Shown: positions 39,958-53,027, numbered from the stretch's first letter. The stretch: DNA of 64,000 nt from Octopus vulgaris (GCA_951406725.2 OX597817.1:139128001-139192000); one strand, 5' to 3'. The notes: generated by a model not told the origin, from the sequence alone. Made by a program: numbers and translations.

Positions 39958-40095
39958 TCAGTGACATTGCAGTTCTAACTCTGTCGGAAAAAATCTTGCT
40001 GTCGACATGCATCAATCCAGTGTGTCTCCCTGTCGTGGAATTTCCCCTCTCAAACACTGAAAACTGTTTCGTTACTGGATGGGGAAAAGATGCAG
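39958..40095 (+). CDS. Serine protease exon with catalytic Asp102
   Basis: tttcag| (V)SDIAVLTLSEKILLSTCINPVCLPVVEFPLSNTENCFVTGWGKDA |gtgag; phase 1/1. Confidence 0.97.
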
Positions 40096-41147
40096 GTGAG
40101 CTACATTATATTTACTTGCCTGTTGATGATGATGATGATGGTTGTTGTTGTTTATGTTGATGGGATCTATGGATGGATGAGCTCAAAGAATACCAGACAA
40201 GGAGCTGAGGAACTGGAAGATCAGATATTGTCAGCTGCACTGTAATATGACCAACACCCTCTATTCTGAGTTCAACTAGTTCCAAGTAGGCACCTCAAGG
40301 TGGAAAGTCTCAATGCTGGAAACAACAGTAAATGAATGATTCTTCTCATTGTTGCAGTTGAAAGTCAAGGACCTCAAACAGCACCCCTTCCTTGCATCTT
40401 GAGCCTCTGTTCAGGATGAAGAGACTCAATGGGCCCAGAGGTCTCTTCTAACCCAGTTTACTGATGGGGTTAACTCCCTCTACATACATAACTCTCAGAT
40501 AATGAAAGTTTATACTTGAAGATACCCTTCTTCCTGTTTGATTGCCAAACCCAGGCAAGCCATCCAGTACAAACACCAGTGTAGCTAAGAACGCAGTAAC
40601 GCTTTCTTTCAGAGATGGCATCCTTTAACAGAAGCTAAAGAACGTCTTACTACCATCAGCAGTCATACAGAATGCCAGAGACTAACCTAGAATTTCTCAG
40701 TGCACACGTTATTGTGAGACAGGTGCTGGTGTTGCCAGTTCTTTTGGCCATTGTTGTTTCTGTCCTGCTGGGGACCCCAACAGCCCTCCCTCCCCACCAG
40801 GCTGGCTCTTTAAGTAGCAAATAATTTGCTGGTTTGTGAAAGTGTTAAGATAGAATTAAGGGCACACAAAGCCGGGATTGATTAAAATACAGGTGTGTAC
40901 ATTGATTCCAAACTATTTTGTGAGAGGAATTCTCCTTCTGGATAATGTGAAAAGCACATCATCATATCATAAGCCATATGACACGTGTTACTGCATCATT
41001 AAACTTCATTAGCTGCTGACCCTGAAACCATGTTCATTGACCACTCAGAGAACTGCCAGCTTTGGTTAGAATTTATATTTGTTTATATCAATCATTATTG
41101 CTAAATAAAATAAAATTACACAATGAATTTTTATTTTTCTCTCTCAG

Positions 41148-41287
41148 AAGCTGGTAATGTCCAGAGATACCTCCATAAAGTCAGAATTCCAATATGGAAC
41201 AATACAATGTGTGAAAAATATGCTTTTGGATTCAGTGCCGGCATGTTGTGTGGTGGCTACATTAACGGTGGCAAAGACTCTTGTGGT
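41148..41287 (+). CDS. Serine protease exon with S1-pocket Asp189
   Basis: ctcag| (E)AGNVQRYLHKVRIPIWNNTMCEKYAFGFSAGMLCGGYINGGKDSCG |gtaagt; phase 1/0. Confidence 0.97.
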
Positions 41288-43324
41288 GTAAGTAATTTCA
41301 TGCATTCGTTAGGATCTCGTTACATTAAATGTTTGTCAAGGATGAATGTTGAGATAAGAATCTTTCACTCAAATATTTCTACTCAGCTTTTGAGTGGAAG
41401 AAACTTCCATTCGGAAAACAAAACGGATTTCTAACTTGATTCTTTTTATTGAGACCTTTTCTGGATGTCAGTGTTTTCCCACACATAATTATGTCACATA
41501 GGGACTCCATCTCTTCCCTTGCTTAAGTTTAATCACAGCAAGTGACATAACTCAAAATAGCAAATATTCAAAATAAAGAACTCAATTGAAATTAAGCATG
41601 GGTTGAGGGGAGATGAGTTTTGTGTCCATATTTTCTGCTTTCCCAACGACATACAGATTATATCTTACCTATAATGAAATACAATGCGTGTCTCATCGGT
41701 CATTCTAGGAGAAAGAAGAGTAAAACAACAAACAGAGTGGGAGTGGGTGTCGGTCACAGATGCTAAAGCAGATGAACAGCGTTCAAAGGCTGTGCTCTGA
41801 AAACGCTGGTAGTTTAATCAAAATAAAAGTGCAAATTTGTTCAGCTAAGAATTCAGAGTTATTTCCCTTGTCAGTCTTAAAAATTCTTTCTACAATAAAA
41901 TAATAAGTTTCAAATTTTGGTACAGACACAAGACCAATAAATGTAGGGAAGGGAGTAAATGGATTACATCAATGCCAGAAGAATATGAAATCAGAACATA
42001 AAAATAGATGAAATACTGCTAACGATTCTGCCAGCTGGCCGCTATAAGAATCATGCTATTGAAACCAATTTTTAAAATAATGTAAGATATTGTAATCTCA
42101 GCTTATTTTGTTGGTTATGATGGAAAGTGTCAGCTGTCCACAGCAAGCAAACTGAGGTGACACTTGTTTTACTGGTCATGCTTCAAGAACCCTGCCAAGA
42201 ATTCTTGCAGTTCCAAGCAATGCTGATTTCTCTTGGGTGTTCTATCTTCACACTTGTATCAATCAATAATAATAATACATTTTACTATAGACACAAGACC
42301 TGGAATTGGTGGGGAGGGGGATAGACGATCACATTGACCCCAGTACTTGACAGGTACTTAATTTATCGACCCCCACAAGAATGAAAGGCGAATTCAAAAG
42401 GCAGAATTGTTAGCAAGCTTGACGAAATTCTGCTAAGCATTTCATCTATTTTTATGTTCAGATTTCAAATTCCTCTGGCATTGATGTAATCCACTTACTC
42501 CCTCCCCTGCATTTAATGGCCTTGTGTCCGTACTAAAATTTGACCCTTTAACCTAGGGTCAGTTTTAACCAGAATGTCTAACATTGTTGGAATTATTTGG
42601 TGGAGCTTTGACCCTTCTGAGAATACAATATCTTACATTATTTTTAAAATTGGTTTCAGTAGCATTATTCTTATTATAGTGGTGTGCTGGCAGAATCATT
42701 AGAACACTGGACGAAATGCTTAGCAGTATTTCATCCGTCACTATGTTCTGAGTTCAAATTCTGCCAAGGTTGACTTTGCCTTTCATCCTTTCAGGGTAGG
42801 TAAATTAAGTACCAGTTACGCACTGGGGTCGATGTGATTGACTATCCCCCTCCCCTCAAATTCCAAGCCTTGTGCCTATAGTAGAAAGAATGATTATTAT
42901 TATTATTATTATAAAGACAAGACACTGGCAGAATAGTTCAAACATCAGACAAAATACTTTGCAGTATTTCTCTCAACTCATCATGTTTGGAAGGCAAAAC
43001 CCATCATGGTTGACTTTGCCTTTTAACTTTCCATGGTCATCAACATCATTTAACGTCCACTGTCCTTGCTGGCATAGGTTGGGTGGTTTGACCTGGGCTG
43101 GCAAGCTGGAAGGCTGCACCAAACTCCAGTCTGATTTGGCATGGTTTTCTATGGCTGGATGCCCTTCCTAATGCCAACCACTCTGAGAGTGTAACGAGTG
43201 CTTTTATGTGTCACCGACATGGGCTGCCAATTGCATGACAACAGTATCTGTCATGACTGCGATTTTACTTGGCTTGATGGGTCTTCTTCTCAAGTATGAC
43301 AAAATGCCAAAGGTCTTGGTCATT

Positions 43325-43562
43325 GCCTCCGTGAGGCCCAACACTTGAAAGGAGCTAGGCCACTTTGCCTCCATGAGGCACAATGTTCAAGAGGAACTCA
43401 GCCACTTCGCCTCTGTGAGGCCCAACACTCAAAAGGAACACAGCCACTTTTCCTCGATGAGGTCCAATGCTCAAAAGGAACTCGGTCACTTTGTTTCTGT
43501 CAGGCCCAATGCGCAAAAGGTACTCAGCCATTTTACCTCCATGAGGCCCAACGTTCAAAGGT
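43325..43562 (+). repeat. 42-bp minisatellite (~5.7 copies) derived from an RTE 3' segment
   Basis: Unit like gcctccgtgaggcccaacactcaaaaggaactcagccacttt; the single-copy version occurs in RTE 3' ends (e.g. ~29575-29605). Confidence 0.85.
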
Positions 43563-44161
43563 TGATTTGCTTTTTACATGCCACCAGCACAGGTGCACTT
43601 GGCAAAATAAATACCAGTTGAACACTGGGGCCAAAGGAATCGATTCATCCCCCTCCCCAGAAATTTCACCAGAATTTGAAACCATTATTAATATTAAGAT
43701 GGTATGTTGGCCAAAATGCATTGTAGCATTTCGTCCCTGTAGATTTAAATTCTACCGAGGTCAACTTTGCCTTTCATCCTTTTGGGGTCAATAAAATACA
43801 TACTGGTCAAGCATGGGGGTCAATCTAATCAACCTATCCCCTCCCCCCAAAACTGCTGGCCTGGCACCAGAATTTGAAATCGTAATTACTACTGAGTGAG
43901 AGAGCAGCACATGCCATCAAAGTGACACTGGGGTACAAATATACAAAGCCCAATACACCCATCATGACTACTCGTCTGATAAGGGTGCACCAGACACACG
44001 CATTGCAACCATGTGTGCACGACATGGTGATATCGTGTTAAGATAAACAGCATTACCACTGCTGCTACTACTACTATTACTACTGTTAGATTGTTCCAAA
44101 AATAATGGCCGCTCTAAGTGTTGTGTTTTGCAATGCAATTTCATTATAGTATTTTAATTAT

Positions 44162-44359
44162 TTTAATTCACCATGATAGATTACTAGCCACTAAACCTTT
44201 TTTTCCATTTTCTCTCCCTGTTTCTTTCTGTGTTCCTTTCTGTCGAAGAGCGTAGGCTCGAAACGTAAAAGACTTTCTCACTTCCCGACCGTTAAACTAA
44301 TACATCTGTTTGTTGTTTACACACCTGTCTTCATCTTTTGTTTTTTTGTAAATTCTCAC
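44162..44359 (+). mobile_element. Short hammerhead-bearing repeat inserted in the mariner
   Basis: AT-rich duplication TATTTTAATTAT at 44150-44161 / 44360-44371; contains the ribozyme-like motif at 44236-44271; paralogue at ~27965-28172. Confidence 0.7.
44236..44271 (+). ncRNA. Variant minimal type I hammerhead-like motif (CUGUCGA core)
   Basis: CTTT-CTGTCGA-A-GAGC-GTAG-GCTC-GAAAC-GTA-AAAG: stems I and II are perfect, stem III is the ACGT palindrome, core A6 is replaced by U. Confidence 0.55.
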
Positions 44360-45642
44360 TATTTTAATTATATTTTAGGTAAATTTTGACATACTTAATA
44401 ATTGATATATGCTCTTTAATAATTTTCTGCTTATTTCACACAGAAAACATTCTTGAAGCAGAGGCGCCCTTAATTATAAACATGACAAAAAAGGACCTTC
44501 ACTTATTTTTCTTACATGAGTTCAAGCTTAGGGTCACAATGCCTCCCAAACTGCTGCCAATATCAACAGAGCATGGGGAGAGGGGTCCACAAATGATCGC
44601 ACAGTACAAAGGTGGTTTCAGAAATTCTGTAGTGGTGATGAGAGCTTTGAAGATGAAGAAGGTAGAGAATGGTCATGCAGTCTTGACAATGAACAATTGA
44701 AAGCAACTGTTGAACAAAATCCATGTCAAAGTGCCAGAGAAATGTCTCAGGCACTTGGTGCCAGTATTGCAACAGTCTCACGCAATCTACAGGAGATTGA
44801 TCAAGTGAAAAAGCTTGATGAATGGGTGCCGCATGAGCTCAATGGAAATCTAAAGGTTATCCTTTATAACTGTATACAATCAGATCAATGGCTTGATCGA
44901 GATGAGTCCCCCAAACATTTCCCAAAGCCAAAGTTGCATCAGCAAAAGATTATGGGGATCTGCCATTGGTTTTGTCCATTACAGCTTTCTGGAAGCCATT
45001 CAGTGCATTACAGTAGAGGATCACTGAATGCAGGACCACTTGCAAAAACAATGAGACATGCATTGGTGAATCAGCGTGGCCCAATTCTGCTCCATGATAA
45101 TGCAAAGCCACATGTTGCAGGAATGACACTACAGAAACTCACAGACTTGGGATATGAGACTTCATCACATCCTCCATATCCTCCTCACCTTTTTTTAAGC
45201 ATTTAAACACGTTTTTAAGTGATAAAACTTTCAGGTCCAAACCAGAGATGGGATCAGCTTTCAAAGATTTCTTAGCATCAAAGCCAATAAGTTTTTATCA
45301 AAGAGGCATAAATAGTCTCCTTGATCGATGGCAGAGATGCATTAGATGTTCACAGCTCATACTTTGACTAATCAAAACATTTCTATTGTTAATTTTTCCA
45401 GAATAAAATTATGTTTTTTGAAATCAGCTATTAATTTCAGAACAACCTAATACGACTACGAGTGCTTCCCTGGACAGTGAAATGGCAGAAAAGGGGAGAT
45501 GTGGGCAAAACAGCTTGCAGCATTTAGTTGCACCGTTTTATATTCTGAGTTAAAATGTTATCATTCTGAGATTTATTTCTGATACAACCTTATGTTGTAT
45601 GGCTTCTGTTGACTTTAACCTTTTACTGGATATTTTTTTCAG

Positions 45643-45798
45643 GGAGATTCTGGAGGACCCTTGATATGCCCATCAAACAATCGTTGGGTACTGACTGGTA
45701 TTGTCTCTTATGGAATGGGATGTTCCAGACCTCATTCCCCTGGTGTCTACACAGATGTACGATATTATTTAAACTGGATACAAAAAACCATTAACTGA
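45643..45798 (+). CDS. Serine protease terminal exon with catalytic Ser195
   Basis: tttttttcag| [54 protein letters not shown]. Confidence 0.98.
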   Translation, partial: GDSGGPLICPSNNRWVLTGIVSYGMGCSRPHSPGVYTDVRYYLNWIQKTIN

Positions 45799-45851
45799 AG
45801 ATCTTTCAGTTTTTTACTCTTTGTCCCAGTTTTGTTACTTTTTTTTAAAGA

Positions 45852-45857
45852 AATAAA
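45852..45857 (+). terminator. Probable polyadenylation signal of the protease gene
   Basis: AATAAA 54 nt after the stop codon, in a T-rich context. Confidence 0.55.
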
Positions 45858-45939
45858 AAAAATTAGTTTTCTTAAAACTATTTTTGCCATCATTTTAGGT
45901 CATTGCAGAATATTCTAAGCCACAAAACCACATTATTGT

Positions 45940-46500
45940 GTTTAAGAGCATGGGCTACTAACCCCAAGATTCCAAGTTCAATTCCAGGCAGTGACCTGAA
46001 TAATAATAATAATAATAATAATAAAAAGACCTGGAAATAGAGGTAACTCGAATGTGGAATCTAAAACCAGAAACAATTCCTATCATAGTAGGTGCATTAG
46101 GTATGATAAAAAAATATTCAGACAAACACATAACAAAAACACCAGGACTTACAAACACATATAACATACAGAAAATTGCACTACTGGGCACTGCACACAT
46201 CCTACGCAGAACACTTTCAATACAGTAACCATCAGAGCATCACAACAAATCACAGCAAAAACCCAAGGCACACGGAGCTGCGCTCGGTAGTGAAGTGAAT
46301 GCACGCTATAAAAATAGAACTACTGAATGATAATATTAATAATAACAACAACAACATCGAAAAATACCTTAGGAATAAGAACCCAGGTTCGAAATTTCCC
46401 CAAGACACCTGATGAAGGATGGAGGGTATATCAGCTGAAATGCTGCGTTAACAACAAACAAAATGAGGACAAATATCCGTCAAATGTAAGTAATACACAT
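45940..46500 (+). mobile_element. SINE-like repeat (tRNA-like head, internal (AAT)n, degenerate hammerhead-like tail) split by an R4/Dong 3' end at ~46024-46330
   Basis: Head gggctactaaccccaagattccaagttcaattcc; the insert translates KDLEIEVTRMW...IPIIVGALG...IQKIALLGTAHILR; tail gacac-CTGATGA-aggatg-gagggtatat-cagct-GAAA at 46404-46440. Confidence 0.65.
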
Positions 46501-49009
46501 TATTAATATTATTGCTGTAGTTGTCAAGGCATCAAGCTGTTAGAAACTAAAGGGTAATGCCAGATGAAATACTTAGCAGTATTTTGTCTGTCCTTACATT
46601 CTGAGTTCAAACGCTGTGCACATCAACTTTGTACCAGTCAAGTACTGGGGTTGATGTAATTGACTAGAACCCACCTCCCCCAAAATTTCAAGCCTTGTGC
46701 CTTTACTAGATAAGATTGTTGTTGTTGCTGTGGTGGTGGTGGTGGTTGCAGCAAGCTGGCAGAAATGTTAGAGTATCAGAAAAAAATGATTAATGTTTCT
46801 TCCAGCTCTGTGTTCTGAATTCAAATTCACCCTTAGTCAACTTTGAAAACATCATCATCATCATTATTATTATTATTATTAAGGCAACAAACTGGCAGAA
46901 TTGTTAGCCCATTGGATGAAAAGTTTAGTGGTATTTCACCCATCGCTATGTTCTGAGTTCAAATTTTGCTGAGGTCGACTTTGCCTTTCATCCTTTCGGG
47001 GTCAATAAATTAAGCACCAGTTGAACACTGGGATCAATAGAATCGACTTATCACCTACTCCCAAATTTTATTGCCTTGTACCTAGAGAAGAAAGGATTAT
47101 TGTTATTATTATTATAATTATTATTATTATTATTATTATTATAATTAAGACAAGACGCTGGCAGAATGGTTGGCGGCATTTCATCCATTTTTACATTCAG
47201 AGCTCAGACCAGTCACTCCCTTGCAAAATTTCAAGTCTTTCTACCTTTAGTAGAAAGTATTAGTAAGGCTGTAAAGTTAATGAAATAGTTTGTGAGTCAA
47301 AAAGCTAAAAGACATTTCTTCTGGCTCTCTAGGTTCAAATCCCACCAAGGTCAACTGTGCATTTCATCCCTTCAAGGTTGATAACATAAAGTACCAGCTG
47401 ACTACTGGGGTCAATGTAATTGACAAAACCCCTCTCTTCAAAATTGCTGGCCTTGTGCCAAGAACAGAAAGAATAACTATTTGAGTAGCAAATGGCAGAA
47501 TCATTAGAACATACCACAAGAAATGTCAAAGTGATATTTCTTCCAACCCTCTACATTCTGAGTTCAAATCCTGCTGAGGTCAACTTTGTCTTTCCTTTCA
47601 GGGTCAATAAAAAAGCAGCTATTATTTGTGATTTAACAAATGGAAGCTAAAGTAAAGTTGTGGGTCATGTGCCATCATTTCAAATTTTTCTCAGTTCTTT
47701 TCCACTTGTATCAACCCTACCAGCATGAGAGATTCCTGTCTGTGGTTTTCGCTGTCAACCTCATAGAATGATTGATCACCAGTTTCTTGAACACAGTCAG
47801 GTCCTCAGGAGACCTCTGATGATGAGGTGTTATCTGCAGCCAACACAAAGAGACATTCTCAGTGGTCAGACCTCATCAGGATGGCTAAGTCTGTCCAGAA
47901 GATCTAAAACATGATAAAAGAGAATTCAAGCAGGTCAGTGAGGGACATCATTGAGGACCTCAAGGTGGCACAGTCCATGATCAGATGTGTGTAGTTAGGG
48001 TCAATGTTGTGTAACTCAAGGTGGCAGAGTCAATTATTCAATGGTATTACATGTGGTTGCTAGATACAAGCCCTACATGATGAAGGAAGAGCAGTAAGAT
48101 AGAGGTGCACCATGTGATCACATGATCCCAAATTTACATGGCCTCCTGTCTCTCCTGATTTAGGTCCCCTGAGCTGAGGAGTCATTGAGGATGGAATCCA
48201 ACTAGCAGTTCCAGTGTCAGAGAATCACTGGAGGCTACAATAAGTTGAGTAGTAGTAGTAGTCATATATGGTGGGATGTAGTAGTGGTGGCGGTCTCACT
48301 TGGTTTGACAGAGGTCCACACAAACATGGTAAATCACCAAAGGTCTCGGTTACCTGTCACTGCCACTATGAGGCCCAATGCTCAAATGGTGCTTTTCGTG
48401 TGCCACTGGCATGGGTGCCGGTCAGACAGCACTGGCATCAGCCATGACTACAATTTCACTTGACTTGACAATTCCTCTCAAGCATGGCACATCACTAAAG
48501 GTCTCATTCACCTGTCATTGGCTCCGTGAGGCTCAAAGTTGAAAGTTCGTGCTTCACCACTTCATCCCATGTCTTCCTGAGTCTACCTCTTCTAGTTTCC
48601 CTCCACCATTAGAATGCAACACTTCTTCACACAGCTGTCCTCATCCGTACGTATCACATGACCATACCAGCGCTGTCGTCTCCCTTGCACACCACATCTG
48701 ATGCCTCTTTTGCCCAACTTTTCTCTCAGGACGCTTACATTCTGTCATGCATAATAATAATAATAATAATAATAATCCTTTCTATTATAAGCACAAAGCC
48801 AGAAATTTGAGGGAGAGAGGTAGTAAATTACATTGACCCCAGTGCTCAACTGGTACTTATTTTATTTGCCCTGAAAGGATGAAAGGCTAAGTCCACCTTG
48901 GTGACATTTGAACTCAGAACATGAAGATGGATGAAATGATGCTAAGCATTTTGCCTGGCATGTTAACGATTCCACCAGTTTTCCACCTTAGTAATAATAA
49001 TAATAATTA

Positions 49010-49795
49010 TTGTTGGAGCATTGGGTTCAATATGACCCAATCTGAAAAGAGCATCTGAAAACCTTAGAAATACCCTACAATCTAGGCGTTTTGCAAAAGT
49101 CGGCATTACTTGGCACAGGACGCATATTGCATAAAGTACTGTCTGTCTGAGGTCCTAGTCATTACTTGACAAATAGTACAAACCTCCGGTAGACACAATA
49201 TCTTCAAGCAACAACCTCATGATATTGTATACTGTGCAACGTCTATAATAATAATAATAATTATTATTATTATTATTATTATTATAATAACAACAACAAT
49301 GGATGAAAAGGGGAAGGCAAAAATCCTTTGGGATTTTGACTCCCAGACAGACAATGTTAGAGCACCGAATGCCGGATATAGTAACCTTTAGGAGGGACAA
49401 GCAAGAGTGTCTAATAATCGACATAGCAGTGCCAGGAGATCAACACATCATCATGAAAGAAAGAGAAAAAGTTAATAAATATGGAGACCTGAGAATTGAG
49501 ATTACCAAGATGTAGCAGCTACGAGGGTCAAACATAAAGGTTATCCCTATTGTCATCAGAGCATTGAGTTCAATATGACCCAATCTGAAAAAAGAAACAA
49601 ACTTCTGAAAACCTTAGATACCCTACAATCTAGATGTATTGCAAAAGTCAGCATTACTTGGAACTGTACGCATATTACATAAAGTACTGTCTGTCTGAGG
49701 TGCTTGTTGTGACTTGACAAACAGCACAAATCCCCGTTAGACACAATAACTTTAATCAACAACCTAATGATATTATGTACTGTGCGACATCTATA
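49010..49795 (+). mobile_element. Two tandem R4/Dong-like 3' ends separated by (TAA)/(TTA) tracts
   Basis: PDIVTFRRDKQECLIIDIAVPGD...KYGDL; LQKSALLGT occurs twice; same family as 18480-19935. Confidence 0.85.
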
Positions 49796-51564
49796 ATAAT
49801 AATAAAGAGGATTATAATGATTTGGCACAAGGCCAGCAATTTTGGAGGAAAGACGTTAGTTGATAGCACTGACTGCAGAAAGAGGAAAGGTCAAGTTGAC
49901 TTTGATAAGATTTGAATTTGGAATGTGTAAAAAGAGCTGAAGCAAATGCTTCAAAGTATTTTATACTAACACTCTACTGATTCTGTCAGCTCACCAAATA
50001 ATAATAATAATAATAATAATTTGCAACCTTTCGAGACTTTTGGTGATATGCCGTACATGAGAAGACTTGTCAGGCCAAGTGAAATCATAGTCATGCCCGA
50101 TGCCAGTGTCATGAAACTGGCACCTGTGCCAGTGGCACATAGAAAGCACCCTTTAAACGTTGGGCCTCATAGAGGCAGTAACAAGTGACTGGGACCTTTG
50201 GCGATATGTTGTGCTTGAGAAGACTCATGAAGCCAAGTAAAACTGTAGTCATGGCTGATGCCAGTATTACATAACTGGCACCTGTGCCAGTGGCATGTAA
50301 AAAAGCACCCCATTACACTCTTGGAGTGGTTAGTGTTAGGAAGGGCATCTCGCTGTAGAGACCATGCCAAACCAGACTGAAACCTGGTGCAGCTCCCCAG
50401 CTGACCAGTTTTCAAACTGTCCAACCCATGCCAGCATGGAAAAATGGATGTATGATGATGAAGGTGGAAAGACATGAGAAGGGGCTCCAGAAGGAAGGTC
50501 TGGGGAAGAAGAAATGGTTACAGGAGTTAGTGCGGGATATGTTGGGGAGGTGAACACAAGATGGGTGATGAGAGGAGGAGAGATGAGTGAGATGAAAGTG
50601 GTTGATCTGACATGAAACCAGCCAGCTCTGAGGAAACAAGGCCACTGTAGTAGCATTAAAGAATAACATTAAACGATGATGATGATGATAAGAGAGAGAC
50701 AACAACAGAAGAGAGATAACAACAATCTACCTGGCAGGTGAGAGGCTGAGATAGGTTTGAGTGATATCAATATAGTTTTGGTAGCATCCCGAGATGAAGA
50801 ATTTGTAGAACTCACATAGAAATCTGTTGGCATCGTTCACTTACAATATCCTCTTCTAGCAGAAATACCAGATTCTTTGTCCACTATGAGACCCAATTGC
50901 TGTTAAAGGAGCATCTAAAGAGGTAATTAATTGACATTAAATGACACAGAATACAGCACAAGGGAATTCCAAGACCCAGTCTTCAATAATAGGTAAGTGC
51001 TAACACAGGTGGCGCCTGGCATAATAACAATACCGGTAAGAGTGAAGCTGGTCTACCAGAGTTCAATCCCTTGTAAATCATGGTAAATATTGTGATAAAT
51101 TGTTTATCATTTAGCAAGGTTCTAAATTTTGTGGTATTGTTATTTAGTGCCAAGTCAGCCCTGACTGGACAGAGCCATCCAGTGAAGACTATCCAAACAT
51201 GACTGTCACTACCTTTCAGTATATCAGTAATATCAGTGTCCAGTGTGTCCTTCCTTTTGTAAGATACTAGTGTGTGATTTGAGATTCACTAGCTATCTGA
51301 AGGCCATATCAGATGCTCCCTCATGTGTGCCATGAGGAAAAGGGAATGAAATAGGGGTTGTTAGGGTTCGGGTTTTATTGGAAGGGGAATAACTCCTACA
51401 ATACTTTAAAATGAATTAATGAAATGAAAAGAAATTTAGCTGTTGCTTTTTAACCCAGGTCAGCTCTGAACAAGCATGCATGTGATCAATGGCATTCCAA
51501 TAGTAACTTACTTATCCATCGTTTTCCCTTTTTCTAGCATATAAAATAATAATAATAATAATGA

Positions 51565-51930
51565 ACTTATTGCATACAGTGGTCAGGTGCACCACAACTT
51601 GTCAAAAGTGCGTATAAAGCATATGCAGTAATGTACAAATGCCTGGAAAGCGAACAGTGAATGAGCCAGATACATGCTTGTGTGCGTATGGAGGCGAGGA
51701 AATCAGGTGTAGTGTTGGCGAATCTCAGAAAGCATGGAAGTTTTGAAGGATGCAGTGCTCCGACAACTAACAACTGATGCAGGCAGTCTGTTCCATGCTT
51801 CAGCAACTCATAGTGTGAAAAAATGTTTCCGTAAGTCATGGGAGCTGTGCTGTTTTCTGACTTTGTAAACATGTCCACAGGTGTTAGACAGGTGGAGTTT
51901 GAAAAGGTGCTCAAAGTTATTGTTTGTAAT
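51565..51930 (-). mobile_element. CR1-like LINE 3' end
   Basis: Minus strand NTCGHVYKVRKQHSSHDLRKHFFTL..AEAWNRLPASVV..FK; related short tail at ~55980-56090. Confidence 0.7.
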
Positions 51931-52975
51931 ATTGTACCTAGATTTCTCAAAGACAATATTTTCATCGAGATGGAAGCTACATTTTTATTACCAAAACTAG
52001 CAGAATCCAAGGAAATTCTACATCATTTAAGTTCTATTCTGGCACAAGTCAGATGGTTTGACAGAAGCTGGCAAGTCAGAGCTTTGCACCAAGCTCTGCT
52101 GTTTGCTGTGGCATGGTTTTTGGTTTTTTTTTATGGCTAGATGCCCTTCCTAATTCAACCATTTGCAGAGTGTGGACAGGGTGCTTTTTATGTGGCACCA
52201 GCACCAGTGAGGTCACCAGGTAACTTGCAAGAGTCAAAGGCCTCTCACATGAGAGGAGGAATGGTATTGAGGGAGGTGACTTTTGTTCCAGGAGATAAGA
52301 GGTGAAACTATGCTATCAGGGCAGAAACAGGTGGCTCGCTGTAGAAGAGACACATGGCTGCCCCAGTCAGAGAGAAAAGATGGTGGCAACTAGTCATTGG
52401 ACTGTGGCCATGCTGGTGCACGATTTTGAAGGATCTAGTTAAACAAATCAATCCCAATACCTTTTTTATTGGTCTATTTTGTCAAACCACTAAGTTACAT
52501 AGACATAAATAAACCAACTCTGGTTAACAAGAGGTAATGGGGGACAAACACGCACACATCATCATCATTTAATGTCCATTTTCCACGCTGGTGTGGGTTA
52601 GACAGTTTGACTGGAATTGGTAAGCTGGAGAGCTGTACCAGGATCTAGTCTGGTTTGGCTTTATTTTTGCAGCTGGATACCCTTCCTAATGCAAACCATT
52701 CCAAGAATGTAGCGAGTGCCTTGTATGTTCCACTGGCACAGGTGCCTTTTACATGTCATTGGCCAGGACTCACAGAGCAAACACCCATCAATAACAGCAG
52801 CGGAAAGAGAGTGCAGCAGTGAGAAGAATGGAAGAGGTGGGTGAGGCATCTTCCAGGAAAGCAGCAACTGTCTTTGTTCCCTGTTCTTTCATCGTTGTCT
52901 CTCCCTACTTCAGGCAAGCAGCCGTTGTAATGTGCAGCACTACATGCAATGACGACAGTCTGACACACACACACA

Positions 52976-53027
<52 letters not shown>

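Larger units (their letters stand above)
44086..45450 (+). mobile_element. Mariner DNA transposon, near full length, pseudogenised, in the last protease intron
   Basis: Imperfect TIRs ttagattgttccaaaaataat... / ...attaatttcagaacaacctaa|ta; transposase motifs WVPHEL, PKPKLHQ, ILLHDNAKPH, HPPY; stops and deletions. Confidence 0.9.

Noticed and set aside
43325-43794. CRISPR-like array or repeat-protein gene
   Set aside because: Head-to-tail 42-bp units with no unique spacers, in a eukaryotic context, and derived from a LINE
50780-51090. Non-repetitive-looking stretch as a possible exon or second gene
   Set aside because: Stops in the frames examined, no recognisable motif, and no consistent splice phases
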